This document shows positions 1 to 11,200 of a stretch of 64,000 bases of DNA, in pieces. Made by a program: the position numbers and the translations under genes. How positions within the stretch are numbered: the first letter of the stretch is position 1; every line of letters begins with the position of its first letter. Under the pieces are notes generated by a model. The model made no database searches, was not told where the DNA came from, and saw only the letters and a program-made list of their open reading frames with translations. Origin of the DNA: an uncultured virus (IMG/VR IMGVR_UViG_3300043447_000658). Taxonomy: Duplodnaviria > Heunggongvirae > Uroviricota > Caudoviricetes. Location of the stretch: positions 1-64,000 of IMG/VR virus record IMGVR_UViG_3300043447_000658. One strand, 5' to 3'.

Positions 1-86
1 TTAAGTATATTTCGTATTTTATCAAATGTACCATTAAAATAGTACTCTTCACCAAAACAAAAAATTCCAAAACCTATGTTATTCAT
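1..86 (-). CDS. 5' part of a hypothetical protein running off the window (MNNIGFGIFCFGEEYYFNG...)
   Basis: Hand translation: ATG at 86, open to the window edge. Confidence 0.55.
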   Translation of the reverse strand, partial: MNNIGFGIFCFGEEYYFNGTFDKIRNIL

Positions 87-123
87 AGGTAAAATTTAAA
101 TAAAAATCTTAAGATTGTGGAGT

Positions 124-270
124 TTAAATCTTTTTTAAATTATTACTATAATTAATTGCGTGTTGTTCTTCCATAAATGGATTACTCACAATTGTTTCAC
201 CATCTTGTATGTATTTTACATACCAGCAAGTGTTTTCTAAGTAAATTTCTATATCACTAATTGTTGTCAT
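124..270 (-). CDS. Small hypothetical protein, 48 aa (MTTISDIEIYLENTCWYVKY...)
   Basis: Hand translation; below the ORF-track cutoff; fills the gap and its start overlaps the upstream stop. Confidence 0.55.
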   Translation of the reverse strand: MTTISDIEIYLENTCWYVKYIQDGETIVSNPFMEEQHAINYSNNLKKI

Positions 271-631
271 AACCTTCTATTTTTGGTAATTCTTCGATAT
301 TCCAATCTATTGATTCTTCGTTCCAAATTGCAACCATTCCTTCCTCGACTTCAGGTCGTTCAACAGGTGGGTCCCATTGTCCTAATGTCTCATTTAAAAC
401 CCAAGAATCGAATGGTTTCGGAGGTAAGAAAATATCTAATTCACTATTGTAGGAATACCCCAAACCTGCAAACATTTTTCTAATATTACCATTGTACGAT
501 GTTTGAATCCATTGACCCCCCAATCCTAAATCTATTGATAGGTAATCATTACCTCTGTGTTGTTGGTCATCGGGAACAACTAATATTTGTTGTACAATAT
601 TATTTTCGTCTATTTGTGCAAAATGCGCCAT
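257..631 (-). CDS. Phage protein of the MAHFAQID type, usually found next to glycine-rich tail proteins
   Basis: Start reassigned to the ATG at 631, directly after the upstream stop; QWIQTSYN...FAGLGYSY...PPKPFDSW motifs. Confidence 0.75.
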   Translation of the reverse strand: MAHFAQIDENNIVQQILVVPDDQQHRGNDYLSIDLGLGGQWIQTSYNGNIRKMFAGLGYSYNSELDIFLPPKPFDSWVLNETLGQWDPPVERPEVEEGMVAIWNEESIDWNIEELPKIEGYDNN

Positions 632-632
632 T

Positions 633-2294
633 TTATTTCTTTTTATATCTAATGATAACGATACCTGAACCACCGTTACCTCCCTTATTATTTGAATTAT
701 AGTGTGCTCCTCCTCCACCACCTCCACCTGTGTTTGTTCCTCCGTCTCCACCAGGTAGATTAGTCCAACATCCTGTACAACCATTTAAAGTATCTCTACC
801 CCATTCAATAGAATCTCTTCCTCCTGTTGCGTAGTTGTTCGCAAATTCATTTGGCGCACCTGCACCTCCACCACCTCTTCCTCCTGAACCACCAAATGTG
901 GAATAACCTGCACCACCTCCACCACCAGCCCAATAAAATGGTCTACCTAATATTGTTGATAGTGCTCCTGTTCCTCCATTTGCTCTCGCAGTTGAATCAG
1001 TTCCTTGTGCACCTGCACCTCCACCTCCACCTGAATAGTAAGCTGCCGTTGAATTACCTCCTCTATATCCTTGTCCTGATGTTCCTGAACCTCCGTTAAA
1101 TGTTCCCGCGTTATCGTTATAACCACTCGCCCCTCCACCTGAGCCTCCATTACCTCCTGCAATACCTGGTGTGTAACCCCTATAAGAACTACCACCAAAT
1201 CCACCACCAATTGCCGTTAAACCATTAAATGATGAGTTACCACCCGCAGTTGCCGGTATGGTGTATTGGTGACCTCCCGGTTGTCCGTTTGTTCCTGCCG
1301 CAGGTGCACCTGTTCCACCAGCACCGACTGTAATTGTATATGAACCAGGTGTTAATACGTGTTTTCCACTTAGGAAACCACCACCTCCACCACCGCCTCC
1401 CATATCCATTCCACCACCGCCACCACCACCTACAATCAAATATTCAACGTGTAGTGATGAACCAATTAATGATGACAATGTAAATGTACCTGAACTATTA
1501 AAACGATGAATTCTCCAATCTCCCAATTCTGTTATAACACCACCTGTTGCAATGATTTTTTGATTTCGAAATGACGCTCCTTCAATAGTTGCTGATGTTG
1601 AGTCTAATCTATTTCTTGTATTATTTAATAAGTCGGTAATTCTTGGTTCAGAACCATCACATAAGTCAACTCTCGGTTCAAAAAATTGTAATCTTGTTGT
1701 GTTGTCTCCACAGTAATAGTGATATGTTCTATGATTTAATGATGTTGTACTAGGTCCGAATTTCATATCGTTTCCAATATTACATCCATTGATTCCTCCA
1801 ACTTTGGTACCTGACGTGGTCCAAAGTCCCGTATCTGCGTGTTGATTTGAATTTGGATAAGTGTAAGGAAAAACGTGACCTACCACCAAATACCATTGAT
1901 TTTGTGTTAATGCACCTGTACCTCTACAATCCCAATATGGGTTACACTCTTCACCGTAACTACCATCTAATCTAAGAACACATTGACCTCCTCCATTTGT
2001 ACCAAGATAAAACGTTCCTCCTGCGGAACTAGATGTTCGTTTAACCCACACAGATAACCTATATAATTTTGTATTATCAACAGAAAAGGAACTATGATTC
2101 CAACCACCATCATCTGCAGCAGAACCATTTGCCCTTGTTTCCCATAAAACAGAACTATTACCAAAGGGGTCAGTACCAATCACTCTTTCATTTTCATCAG
2201 TACTACCATTTTGACTAAACGAACCAATACCACCTGAACCAGTGGTCCAAGAATATGGGTCTAAAATATTTGTTTTTCTAAATAATATCGGCAT
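633..2294 (-). CDS. Virion/tail protein with an N-terminal beta-sandwich-like domain and a C-terminal glycine-rich domain
   Basis: 553 aa ORF; HRFNSSGTF...VEYLIVGGGGGGG...GGSGIVIIRY glycine-rich domain signature. Confidence 0.75.
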   Translation of the reverse strand: MPILFRKTNILDPYSWTTGSGGIGSFSQNGSTDENERVIGTDPFGNSSVLWETRANGSAADDGGWNHSSFSVDNTKLYRLSVWVKRTSSSAGGTFYLGTNGGGQCVLRLDGSYGEECNPYWDCRGTGALTQNQWYLVVGHVFPYTYPNSNQHADTGLWTTSGTKVGGINGCNIGNDMKFGPSTTSLNHRTYHYYCGDNTTRLQFFEPRVDLCDGSEPRITDLLNNTRNRLDSTSATIEGASFRNQKIIATGGVITELGDWRIHRFNSSGTFTLSSLIGSSLHVEYLIVGGGGGGGMDMGGGGGGGGFLSGKHVLTPGSYTITVGAGGTGAPAAGTNGQPGGHQYTIPATAGGNSSFNGLTAIGGGFGGSSYRGYTPGIAGGNGGSGGGASGYNDNAGTFNGGSGTSGQGYRGGNSTAAYYSGGGGGAGAQGTDSTARANGGTGALSTILGRPFYWAGGGGGAGYSTFGGSGGRGGGGAGAPNEFANNYATGGRDSIEWGRDTLNGCTGCWTNLPGGDGGTNTGGGGGGGAHYNSNNKGGNGGSGIVIIRYKKK

Positions 2295-2470
2295 TACTCT
2301 TGAGTTAAATGTTTTGTTATGTATTCTTCACATTCTTCAATTGTTTGTGCACCAAACCATCTAGCACCATTCTCATCTTCCACCATAAATGGAAATGCGT
2401 TTAAAATACAAGTCGGGTCGTCCGCATTAATTTCATCTTCAGGAATTTCTACAATTGTTAAATTAATCAT
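2294..2470 (-). CDS. Small acidic hypothetical protein, 58 aa (MINLTIVEIPEDEINADDPTC...)
   Basis: Hand translation; overlaps both neighbours' start/stop codons (translational coupling). Confidence 0.7.
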   Translation of the reverse strand: MINLTIVEIPEDEINADDPTCILNAFPFMVEDENGARWFGAQTIEECEEYITKHLTQE

Positions 2471-3240
2471 ACTCCAAATCTTTGTCTACCTACATTAAAA
2501 TTATTAAGGATTTCAGCATCTGTTAATCCTCTATTATATATTTTAGCACTTGAAACTCGAACATTAGTATGTGAAGTTGCGCTTATGTAATAGCTCCCTG
2601 TTGGGTCGTAAAGGTTTAAACCTGTACCGAAATCTGTATTATACATTTCAACACCATCAATCCAAATAATATATCGATTATTTCTTCTCATCCCAACAAT
2701 GTGGTGCCAAGTATCGTAAGATATTGTATATGCCGGATGTTGGTAGGTGTAACTACCTCCACTTGCAAAACCAATCATAGTATATAAGTTTTGACCAATC
2801 ATAAAAAATCTAAACCAATATTGACCAAATATCGTTTCACAACATCCTCCATAAATTCCGCCGGATGGTGGATAAAACCAAGTATCAATTGTTCTTTCAG
2901 ATGTAGTTGCCCAATCAGTTGAGTATCCTCTTGATGATTGCTGACTATTAAATCTAAAATAATCACCTTCAAAAGTTCCTACCGCTGACCAATCATTACC
3001 ATATCCACTAATATCAAACCATTTTGTATTTGCAGCAGTACAACCAGGATTTGAAACATAATACTGATACCCATAACCACAATCATAATAATTAGCGGAT
3101 GTGTTTATATATGAATCTAAATTACCAGCATCTAACCACAAAACTAATCCGTCCGTTACCACGGTTGGTGTTGTTGGGATTTCGCCTAATGTAGTGAAAT
3201 TTGTTCCCGATAAATTATTTCCTCCCAATATTATTCCCAT
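2467..3240 (-). CDS. LamG/concanavalin A-like lectin-fold virion protein
   Basis: VTDGLVLWLDAGN...WHHIVG...IWIDG...IYNRGLT motifs. Confidence 0.75.
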   Translation of the reverse strand: MGIILGGNNLSGTNFTTLGEIPTTPTVVTDGLVLWLDAGNLDSYINTSANYYDCGYGYQYYVSNPGCTAANTKWFDISGYGNDWSAVGTFEGDYFRFNSQQSSRGYSTDWATTSERTIDTWFYPPSGGIYGGCCETIFGQYWFRFFMIGQNLYTMIGFASGGSYTYQHPAYTISYDTWHHIVGMRRNNRYIIWIDGVEMYNTDFGTGLNLYDPTGSYYISATSHTNVRVSSAKIYNRGLTDAEILNNFNVGRQRFGV

Positions 3241-3249
3241 AAAATTATT

Positions 3250-4023
3250 TTATCTACCAAATCTATTTCTTGTTGAATGATAATATTCAGAGATTTCAAA
3301 AGGATTTAAAACTCTATTATACAAACTTATTAGTCCGATATCTCCCCAAGGTTGGCTTGAAGCATTTGGATTATTTTGGTCTCCATTATTATAAGCACCA
3401 ATTGAACAAAATCCGTGTTTAAATCTTGAGTTGATACTCGCAATTGAACCTCTAATTACACCAGGTGTGTCGTTATAACCAAACAAATGATAAGGTGATG
3501 CAGTATCGTACCATCTCCATACTAACATATCCCAATTTGATGTTCCGTAAGAGGGTAAACTTTGTTGACTAAATCCACTACTATTAAATCCTGTACCATT
3601 TGTATTATCGTACATACCCATTCCCCAAGCACCTGATTGAATAATAACTTGATGGTCAGGACCTGAACTTAATCCTCTTAATAATGTTCTCCATTCCGCA
3701 GTACTATTCTTAACTCTTGTCCAACAAATACACGTGACATTACCCGATAATGGGACATCAGTACTCGTTTTCTTTGCACAACCATATGAACCATTAAAAT
3801 CCATATATTTTGGTCCTGACGAATTATATGCGGAAGCGTTTATAACAAAGTTATAACCATTACCGCTTAAATCATACCAATCAGAACCACTGCCCGGATA
3901 TGAATCAACATCACCAGCATCTAAATGTAGTATTAGACTATCACGATTTATTTTTGTTCTAAAAATTCCGGTACTCGTGATGTCATTTGAACTTATTATA
4001 TGATTTTTTACAATTACAGGCAT
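3250..4023 (-). CDS. LamG/concanavalin A-like lectin-fold virion protein, paralog of the neighbour
   Basis: LILHLDAGDVDSYPGSGSDWYDLSGNG...LYNRVL motifs. Confidence 0.75.
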   Translation of the reverse strand: MPVIVKNHIISSNDITSTGIFRTKINRDSLILHLDAGDVDSYPGSGSDWYDLSGNGYNFVINASAYNSSGPKYMDFNGSYGCAKKTSTDVPLSGNVTCICWTRVKNSTAEWRTLLRGLSSGPDHQVIIQSGAWGMGMYDNTNGTGFNSSGFSQQSLPSYGTSNWDMLVWRWYDTASPYHLFGYNDTPGVIRGSIASINSRFKHGFCSIGAYNNGDQNNPNASSQPWGDIGLISLYNRVLNPFEISEYYHSTRNRFGR

Positions 4024-4024
4024 C

Positions 4025-7000
4025 TTATATAATCTCTTCTAAACTAATCTTAAATTTCTTTCCGTTATTATTATTGATAATATACAAATTTTCTGCACCT
4101 TCCTGAATAGTCCAGTTGCCGGAAGTTCCATCAATGTCATTTCCTTCAGGTTTATTCATATTACTTAAGTGTAAGTCGTTCGTATAAACGTTAGCCCAAC
4201 CTAAAGTTGTTGAACCTAAATTAACCGAGTTGTTACTTAAAGGTAATATACTTCCTCCTGTTGTAAGAGTTCCCGCAAGTTGCATATTACCTGACGTTGC
4301 ATTTAATGATGCTATTGGAACCACACCAATTCTTCCCCAAGTAAATCCTCTTCCTGCATCCCCTGAATTCATTTGAGTTTTAATTGAGTAATCAGTAACA
4401 GTTCCATATTGATAAACACTACTAGAACCCATACTAATTTTATAATTGTCTTCAGACCAAAATCTCAATCCATTACCTTCACCAGGTGTTACGTTGTAAA
4501 CCGAATTTTGGTTAGTTCCGTTAGGTGCACTTCCTGCACTTGATGCATATGACACTGATTGTGAACCAATATTACCCGTGGTAATGGCATCCGTGATTCC
4601 ATATCCCGATATTGTTGTTGGTTTTGATGATACGTTTGCAAATGAAATACCTGTAATGTAACCCGGTCCGTTTGTTAATTGATTAAGGTTAGTTAAGTTA
4701 CCTGAATGATACATCGTCACCCAACTACCCCAAGAACCAGCATCTGCCGACCTCATATATAATCTGTTACCACCCGTATCAAAAAACAATTGTGTGTGAT
4801 AGTTTCCTGGATGTGTGTCTATTTGTAATAATGCACCACCATTATGAACAACTGTTGGTCTATTAGACCATCCTGATGTTGAACCTCTATATAATCCTGT
4901 GGTGTTAAATGCGTTAACATCGATTGTTGCTCTATCTTGATATAATGAATCAGTAATTCCGTATCCACTAAGTGTTGTTGGTTTTGATGAAACACTTGAG
5001 AATGCTATACCTGTTATATATCCACTATTATTAGTGAACTGAGATATATTCATACTGGTTAGTGAACCTGCGGTTGTTGCGTATGATACGGATTGTGAAC
5101 CAATATTACCTGTTGTGATTGCATCTGTTATACCATAACCACTAATTGTAGTAGGTTTTGATGATATTCCACTAAATGTAATTTGAGATGAACCAGATAC
5201 TAAACCTGAAGGAATTCCTGATATTGAACCAAATGATATTTGTGATGAACCAGAAACAATACCTGACGGAATTCCACTTAACGAACCATATGTTATTTGA
5301 GAGGAGCCCGATACTAATCCTGAAGGTACTCCACTAATACTACCGAAAGATATTTGTGATGAACCTGAAACTAAACCACTCGGTATACTACTAATACTTA
5401 AAAACGTGATTTGTGATGAACCTGATACTAAACCTGAAGGAACACCAGTAACGCTACCAAATGTGATTTGAGATGAACCAGACACTAATGCCGGTTTATC
5501 AGTGATTCCATTAAAAGATATTTGACCAGAACCTGATACTACAGAAATTCCATTGAAGAATGCTCCTGAATGTATTGTCGTACCTGCCAATACTTGTGAA
5601 CTACCCGAAACTGTACCTGAAGGTAAAAGTGATATTACTTGTGCAGAACCTGATACGATACCTGCGGGAATACTACTAATAGATGAATACGTAATTTGAC
5701 TTGAACCCGAAACAACACCTGCCGGTAATTGAGCCGAGCCCGACCATACTCCACTACCATTTAAAACTTGACTTGAACCGGACACAACACCTGACGGTAA
5801 TTGTGCACTACCACTCCAAACACCACTTCCATTTAAAACTTGTGATGAACCTGATACTGTTCCTGCAGGTAATTGTGCGGAACCTGACCATACTCCACTT
5901 CCGTTTAATACTTGTGAAGAACCTGAAACAAGCCCTGCTGGTATACTACTAATACTTAAAAAAGTAATTTGTGATGAACCTGAAACTAATGTTGGTTTAT
6001 CTGTTATACCATTGAATGATATTTGTGATGAACCTGAAACCAATGATGGTTTATTTGCAACATTAGAATATTCAACAAATGATGCCGTTGCTACCGTTCC
6101 CAATAAATTAGTTGACACCCCATTGCCGAGTGTTGATATATCAAGATACGCACCTCTAGCATTTCCACCTTGTTCAAAAATTCTTAGTCTATTTTGCCAA
6201 ACATCAATTGTGACACCTTCACCTGAAAGTGTTGTGTTGGTTACCGCTTTACCTAATAAAATTTCTCCTCCTTCATCCCCACCAGTAGCGTTTACTGTTA
6301 ATTTATTACCTCCTGCAACAATTAATGAACCTGTAATTTCTGTGTTTGAATTTATTGAAACTTTTGTTCCTGTGTCGGTAATATTACTATCCCCAATGTG
6401 TTCATCGTTAGTTGATTTAACTAATCTATTGTTTGTTAAATGAATTTCATTACCAATATCATTGTAGGTCTCCGGACCCATTATTAATAAAGCCGAAGTT
6501 ACTGCTGATTGATTTTGGTGGACAAATATCCATTCGTTTTCGGTGGCATCAAATAATAGTGAACCTGATACCTGTGGTGATGAACCACTATCAATAACAC
6601 CAAGACCACCAAATCTAAGACTTGGGTTCTGTGCATTAACTGTTATGATATTATCGGCAATATTTACTATCGATGAACTAATATGTTGAATTGATGATGA
6701 GCCGGCAACAATTAAATTTTCTGAAATATATAATGAGCCGGTAATTGTTTGACTACCTTGGAAAACATTACTACCTGTTGTTGCGTAACTACCTGTTTTA
6801 CCTTCAAGAGAACCTGTTTTAGTTTCTAATGAACCTAATCTATTATTTTGTGCTGTGTTTGTTGAATCATTTGAACCTGTATATGTGTTTAACGCTGCAA
6901 TTGAACCTGTAACACCTTCTATTGAATTTAATCTACTTGTTGCACTTGATGTAAATGAATTCAAACTTGCAGTTGCGGTGTGAATTGCGTTTATATTAGT

Positions 7001-8182
7001 CGTGTTAGATGCTGTATATGAATTTAAACTACTTGTTGAGGTATGAATAGCATTTATATTAGTTGTATTAGAACTTGTATAAGTGTTTAAGCTACCTGTA
7101 GCTGTTTCAATTGATGTTAATCTACTACCAGCACTCGCGGTAAATGTATTCAAACTCGCAGTTGATGTATGAATTGCATTTATATTAGTAGTATTAGACG
7201 CAGTATATGAATTTAAACTACTTGTTGCAGTGTGAATGGAATTTATATTGGTAGTGTTACTACTTGTATATGAATTCAAACTCGCAGTTGAAGTATTCAA
7301 TGCATTTACCGCAGTTGTGTTACTACTTGTGTACGAATTTAACGAACTTGTTGCGGTGTGGATAGCATTTATATTAGTCGCGTTAGAACTTGTATATGAA
7401 TTGATACTTCCTGTGGAAGTTTCTAACGATGTTAATCTACCTTCCGCACTTGAAGAGAATGAATTTAAACTACTTGTAGCAGTATGAATTGCATTTATAT
7501 TTGTGGTGTTAGATGCGGTATATGAATTCAAACTACCGGTTGATGTTTCGATAGAATTTAATCTACCGTCGGCACTTGATGTAAATGAATTCAAACTACC
7601 TGTTGAAGTTTGTAAAGTTCCAATAATTGTGTTGTTTGAACCTGTGTAAGTGTTCAAAGAAGATATGGAGCCTGTAACACCTTCTATTGAATTTAAACGT
7701 CCATTAGCACTTGATGTGAAGGTGTTTAAACTTGATGTGGATGTGTGAATTGCATCAATATTTGTGGTATTGGATGCTGTATATGTATTGATACTTCCTG
7801 TGGAAGTTTCTAACGATGTTAATCTTAAATTAGTACTTGACGTGAAACCATTAATACTACCCGTACTTGTCTCCAAATTAGAGATTCTTGGGTCGATACT
7901 AGCAGTATACGATTGGAAAGTTGTTTCATCCAATTTACCCGTACCGATAGGTTGACCGTTCAGGCTCATCGAACCTGTTATAGATAACGAACCCGTAACT
8001 TTGTGGGTATCTGTTATTGAGTTACCAAATTGGGTAGAACCTGACTCGAAAAGGACTGAAGAACTAACAATTGATATGTGTAATTCATCTGCGGTAAGTC
8101 TCCCTCGGACGGTTAGGTCTTGTTCAAAGTCGGCTGAGCCTGACACGACAAGACCATTCTTGATTTTAAATTCGTTTGCCAT
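4025..8182 (-). CDS. Long tail fibre protein with coiled-coil and SGSSQ repeats and a knob-like domain
   Basis: 1385 aa; Ser/Thr-rich repeats; knob-like segment (FNTTGLYR...QLFFD...LYMRS...WGSW); fibre-type C-terminus WANVYTNDLHLSN...WTIQEG. Confidence 0.8.
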   Translation of the reverse strand: MANEFKIKNGLVVSGSADFEQDLTVRGRLTADELHISIVSSSVLFESGSTQFGNSITDTHKVTGSLSITGSMSLNGQPIGTGKLDETTFQSYTASIDPRISNLETSTGSINGFTSSTNLRLTSLETSTGSINTYTASNTTNIDAIHTSTSSLNTFTSSANGRLNSIEGVTGSISSLNTYTGSNNTIIGTLQTSTGSLNSFTSSADGRLNSIETSTGSLNSYTASNTTNINAIHTATSSLNSFSSSAEGRLTSLETSTGSINSYTSSNATNINAIHTATSSLNSYTSSNTTAVNALNTSTASLNSYTSSNTTNINSIHTATSSLNSYTASNTTNINAIHTSTASLNTFTASAGSRLTSIETATGSLNTYTSSNTTNINAIHTSTSSLNSYTASNTTNINAIHTATASLNSFTSSATSRLNSIEGVTGSIAALNTYTGSNDSTNTAQNNRLGSLETKTGSLEGKTGSYATTGSNVFQGSQTITGSLYISENLIVAGSSSIQHISSSIVNIADNIITVNAQNPSLRFGGLGVIDSGSSPQVSGSLLFDATENEWIFVHQNQSAVTSALLIMGPETYNDIGNEIHLTNNRLVKSTNDEHIGDSNITDTGTKVSINSNTEITGSLIVAGGNKLTVNATGGDEGGEILLGKAVTNTTLSGEGVTIDVWQNRLRIFEQGGNARGAYLDISTLGNGVSTNLLGTVATASFVEYSNVANKPSLVSGSSQISFNGITDKPTLVSGSSQITFLSISSIPAGLVSGSSQVLNGSGVWSGSAQLPAGTVSGSSQVLNGSGVWSGSAQLPSGVVSGSSQVLNGSGVWSGSAQLPAGVVSGSSQITYSSISSIPAGIVSGSAQVISLLPSGTVSGSSQVLAGTTIHSGAFFNGISVVSGSGQISFNGITDKPALVSGSSQITFGSVTGVPSGLVSGSSQITFLSISSIPSGLVSGSSQISFGSISGVPSGLVSGSSQITYGSLSGIPSGIVSGSSQISFGSISGIPSGLVSGSSQITFSGISSKPTTISGYGITDAITTGNIGSQSVSYATTAGSLTSMNISQFTNNSGYITGIAFSSVSSKPTTLSGYGITDSLYQDRATIDVNAFNTTGLYRGSTSGWSNRPTVVHNGGALLQIDTHPGNYHTQLFFDTGGNRLYMRSADAGSWGSWVTMYHSGNLTNLNQLTNGPGYITGISFANVSSKPTTISGYGITDAITTGNIGSQSVSYASSAGSAPNGTNQNSVYNVTPGEGNGLRFWSEDNYKISMGSSSVYQYGTVTDYSIKTQMNSGDAGRGFTWGRIGVVPIASLNATSGNMQLAGTLTTGGSILPLSNNSVNLGSTTLGWANVYTNDLHLSNMNKPEGNDIDGTSGNWTIQEGAENLYIINNNNGKKFKISLEEII
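5160..6040 (-). repeat. Coding tandem repeats of 19 aa (LVSGSSQITFxSISGIPSG) and 23 aa (SGSSQVLNGSGVWSGSAQLPAGx)
   Basis: Visible in the translation; boundaries approximate. Confidence 0.85.
6800..7900 (-). repeat. Coding tandem repeats of about 21 aa (SSLNSYTSSNTTNINAIHTAT), three-heptad coiled coil
   Basis: Visible in the translation and as 63-nt DNA periodicity; boundaries approximate. Confidence 0.85.
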
Positions 8183-8183
8183 A

Positions 8184-8225
8184 ATTTATTAGTTTCACTG
8201 TCCACTAATGTGTTACTAATAAATA
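8184..8225 (-). promoter_or_regulatory. TATTTAT promoter-like motif inside a 10-bp inverted repeat abutting the fibre start codon
   Basis: atttattagt (8184-8193) and actaataaat (8215-8224) are perfect reverse complements; motif at 8219-8225. Confidence 0.6.
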
Positions 8226-8245
8226 CTATAAATTGTGATTATATT

Positions 8246-11200
8246 TTAACAAGCGTAACTATCAATTACATATCCATTACTATCAATTTGTAGAGTGGTT
8301 CCGAAGTACGCTGTTGAGTCTCCGAACCATAAACTTCCACCATTAAATGGTGTTGTCATTCCACTGTCGGTATAGAATCTTGTAACGGATGTCCAGGCCG
8401 AATCATTACCATAAACTGTTTGGTCTGAACCAAATAAACCATCACAATAATTAGGTGCTGTATATCCTGTACTTATTGAGTAATTCGTTGATGATGGGGA
8501 TGATGGTGGGTTAATTGTTGAACAACCAAGTGCTCTATATAAAACTTCCACTGCCCAAGTTCCTGAAGAGATATTAGCATTTAACACACCTAATCCTGAA
8601 ACTGTAAAAGTAACTCCTGTTGTTGAACCCATATCCATTGTTGAGGTTTCATTATAAACCGAGTTTGAACCGTCCCAAGCTGACATTATCATACCCGCTC
8701 TCATATTTGAGCCGTTTTTAACCACATAATCAAAATTGGCACCGTCAAAGTCGCCTAAATCAAATATTGCAGTGTTACTTGATATTGTCACACATTTTGA
8801 ACCTAATGTCGCAATGTTAATAGTTGTTGTTCCACTTATGGTTTGGTTACCGTAAAATGTATTTGAACCTGTGGTTGCAAAACCTAAATTACCAAGTTGT
8901 TGTGAACCTGAAATAATACCTGCTTTCCATATTGGTTCATCATTATAAACCGCTAAAACTCTTCCTTCATAACTTGCACTAATGTGTGGTAGTCCACCAC
9001 CAACAGTTGCACTAACTTTACCTGTTTGTGCAGATGAGAATGTTACAACTAATGTACTTGTTGATTGTGCTGATATGTTTGTTGGTATAATTACATTACC
9101 TGATGAGTCGAATACAACAATTGCAGGATATCTCTCACCTAAATTGTGTGTTACTGTCCAAGTTGTTGACGCTGATGATTGTGTGTGAACGTATGTTGTA
9201 CCTTGACCACCACCTCCACCTGCATTTAATGCAAATGCCGCGGTTACAGCATATGACGCACTTAATACTGACATCGAAGATGTTTGTGATGTTAATACAA
9301 CACTTGAGCTAAATGTATTTAATGAATCAATTGAACCCGTTAAACTATCTATTCTAACTTTTACTGATGAAGATAGACTTGTAATTGACCCTGTGATGGT
9401 ATCAAAACTATTCTTAACAGATGATGATAAACTAGTGATAGAACCTGTTACAGTATCTATACTATTCTTAACAGATGATGATAAACTAGTGATAGAACCT
9501 GTTACAGTATCTATACTATTTTTTACCGAGGAAGATAATGTCGTGATAGAACCAGTGACATCATCTATTCTAACCTTTACTGAAGAAGATAGTGCCGTTA
9601 TAGAACCCGTAACATCATCAATTCTAACTTTTACCGATGAAGATAGTGCGGTAATAGAACCTGTAACATCGTCTATTCTAACCTTCACAGATGAAGACAA
9701 TGCAGTAATTGAACCGGTCACATCATCAATTCTAACTTTTACTGAAGATGATAATGCTGTGATGGAACCTGTTACAGTATCTATACTATTTTTTACTGAT
9801 GAAGATAAATTAGTAATTGAGCCTGTTACATTATCAATACTATTTTTTATCGAGCTACTAAATGTTGAATATCCTGTGGTGTTGGTAATGTCTATTTGTG
9901 ATGAGCCCGACACTAATGATGTGTCACTAGAAACGATAGAACCTGTAATATATACTGAACCTGTAAATTGATGTGTGTCGTCACTTGTGTTACCAAATTT
10001 AGTACTACCACTTTGGAATAAAACTGAAGATGTTACATAATCTGTATGAATTTCTTTTGCAGTAATTGTACCATCAATATAAACATCTCTATTAACATAG
10101 AATCCATTATTATCGATAGACGCACTAGCATTACCACTAAGAATTTTATCTAATTGTAATCCTGTAACACCTGATGCTGGAATATTATACAACCCAACAC
10201 CATCACCAATAAATGAGCCAGTAAATGAACCTGTATTATATGATGACGTAAATAAATTTAAACTACTTGTTGCAGTATGAATTGCATTTATATTAGTGGT
10301 ATTAGAACTTGTATATGAATTTAACGAACTTGTAGTTAATTCAATTGAATTTACACTACTTTCAATGTTGTTTGTTGTAGTTGCAATCGATGAAGATAAA
10401 TTACCAATACTTGAACTTAATGACCCACTAAATGTAGAATATCCTGTTGTTCCTGTAATTTCAATTTGTGATGAACCTGACACTAAAGTAGGTCTGTTTA
10501 CCAAACCATAAAAATCAAAAGCTCCTGTTATTGAATTTGCAACCAAGTTACCACCAACCGTAATTGTTGTTCCCGTTTCAGATATAATTGACACGTCAAT
10601 GTGGTCTCCTCCAACTGATTTAACAATTCTACCACTAATTAAATTTGGCTCCTCACCCAATGAACCACTATTTCGTGGACCTGAAAGTAACATACCTCCC
10701 GAATAAGAACTACCACTTGCGTTTTGATATACCCAATGGTTATGTAAACTATCCCAAGCTAAAGACGCAGTGGCATTTGAACTACCACTATCATAAACCT
10801 TCAATCCACCAAATCTTTCAGCCGGTTCAAAAACATTTACACTAATAAATGATGCACTTACCGCTAAATTTGATGATGTTACATAAACCAGTGACGATGA
10901 ACCTAATACCGTTAAATTTTGTGTAATTGTTAAACTACCTGTAACGGCATAATCACCATTTAAACTTCTACTATTAACCCACACACTACCACTTTTAACT
11001 AATAAGTCACCATATGATGAATTGGTTGTGGTATCATATACATCGTGCGATTCACCTAATTCTGCACCATTGTCTATACGAACATAAATTGAACCTTGAT
11101 TTTGTTGAACTCTTAGTACTTCACCTAATCTAACTCCGTGGTTTGGGGGAACCGGATAACTAGTTGTGAATGTCCCGTTTGCACCTAAAAATAATAACTG

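Noticed and set aside
632..784. N-terminal 51 aa of ORF 257-784
   Set aside because: Off-frame overlap with the glycine-rich gene; the ATG at 631 fits better
9320..9971. 54-nt periodic repeat resembling a CRISPR array, and a 192 aa plus-strand ORF
   Set aside because: No unique spacers; variation is mostly synonymous in the fibre frame; no cas genes in the window
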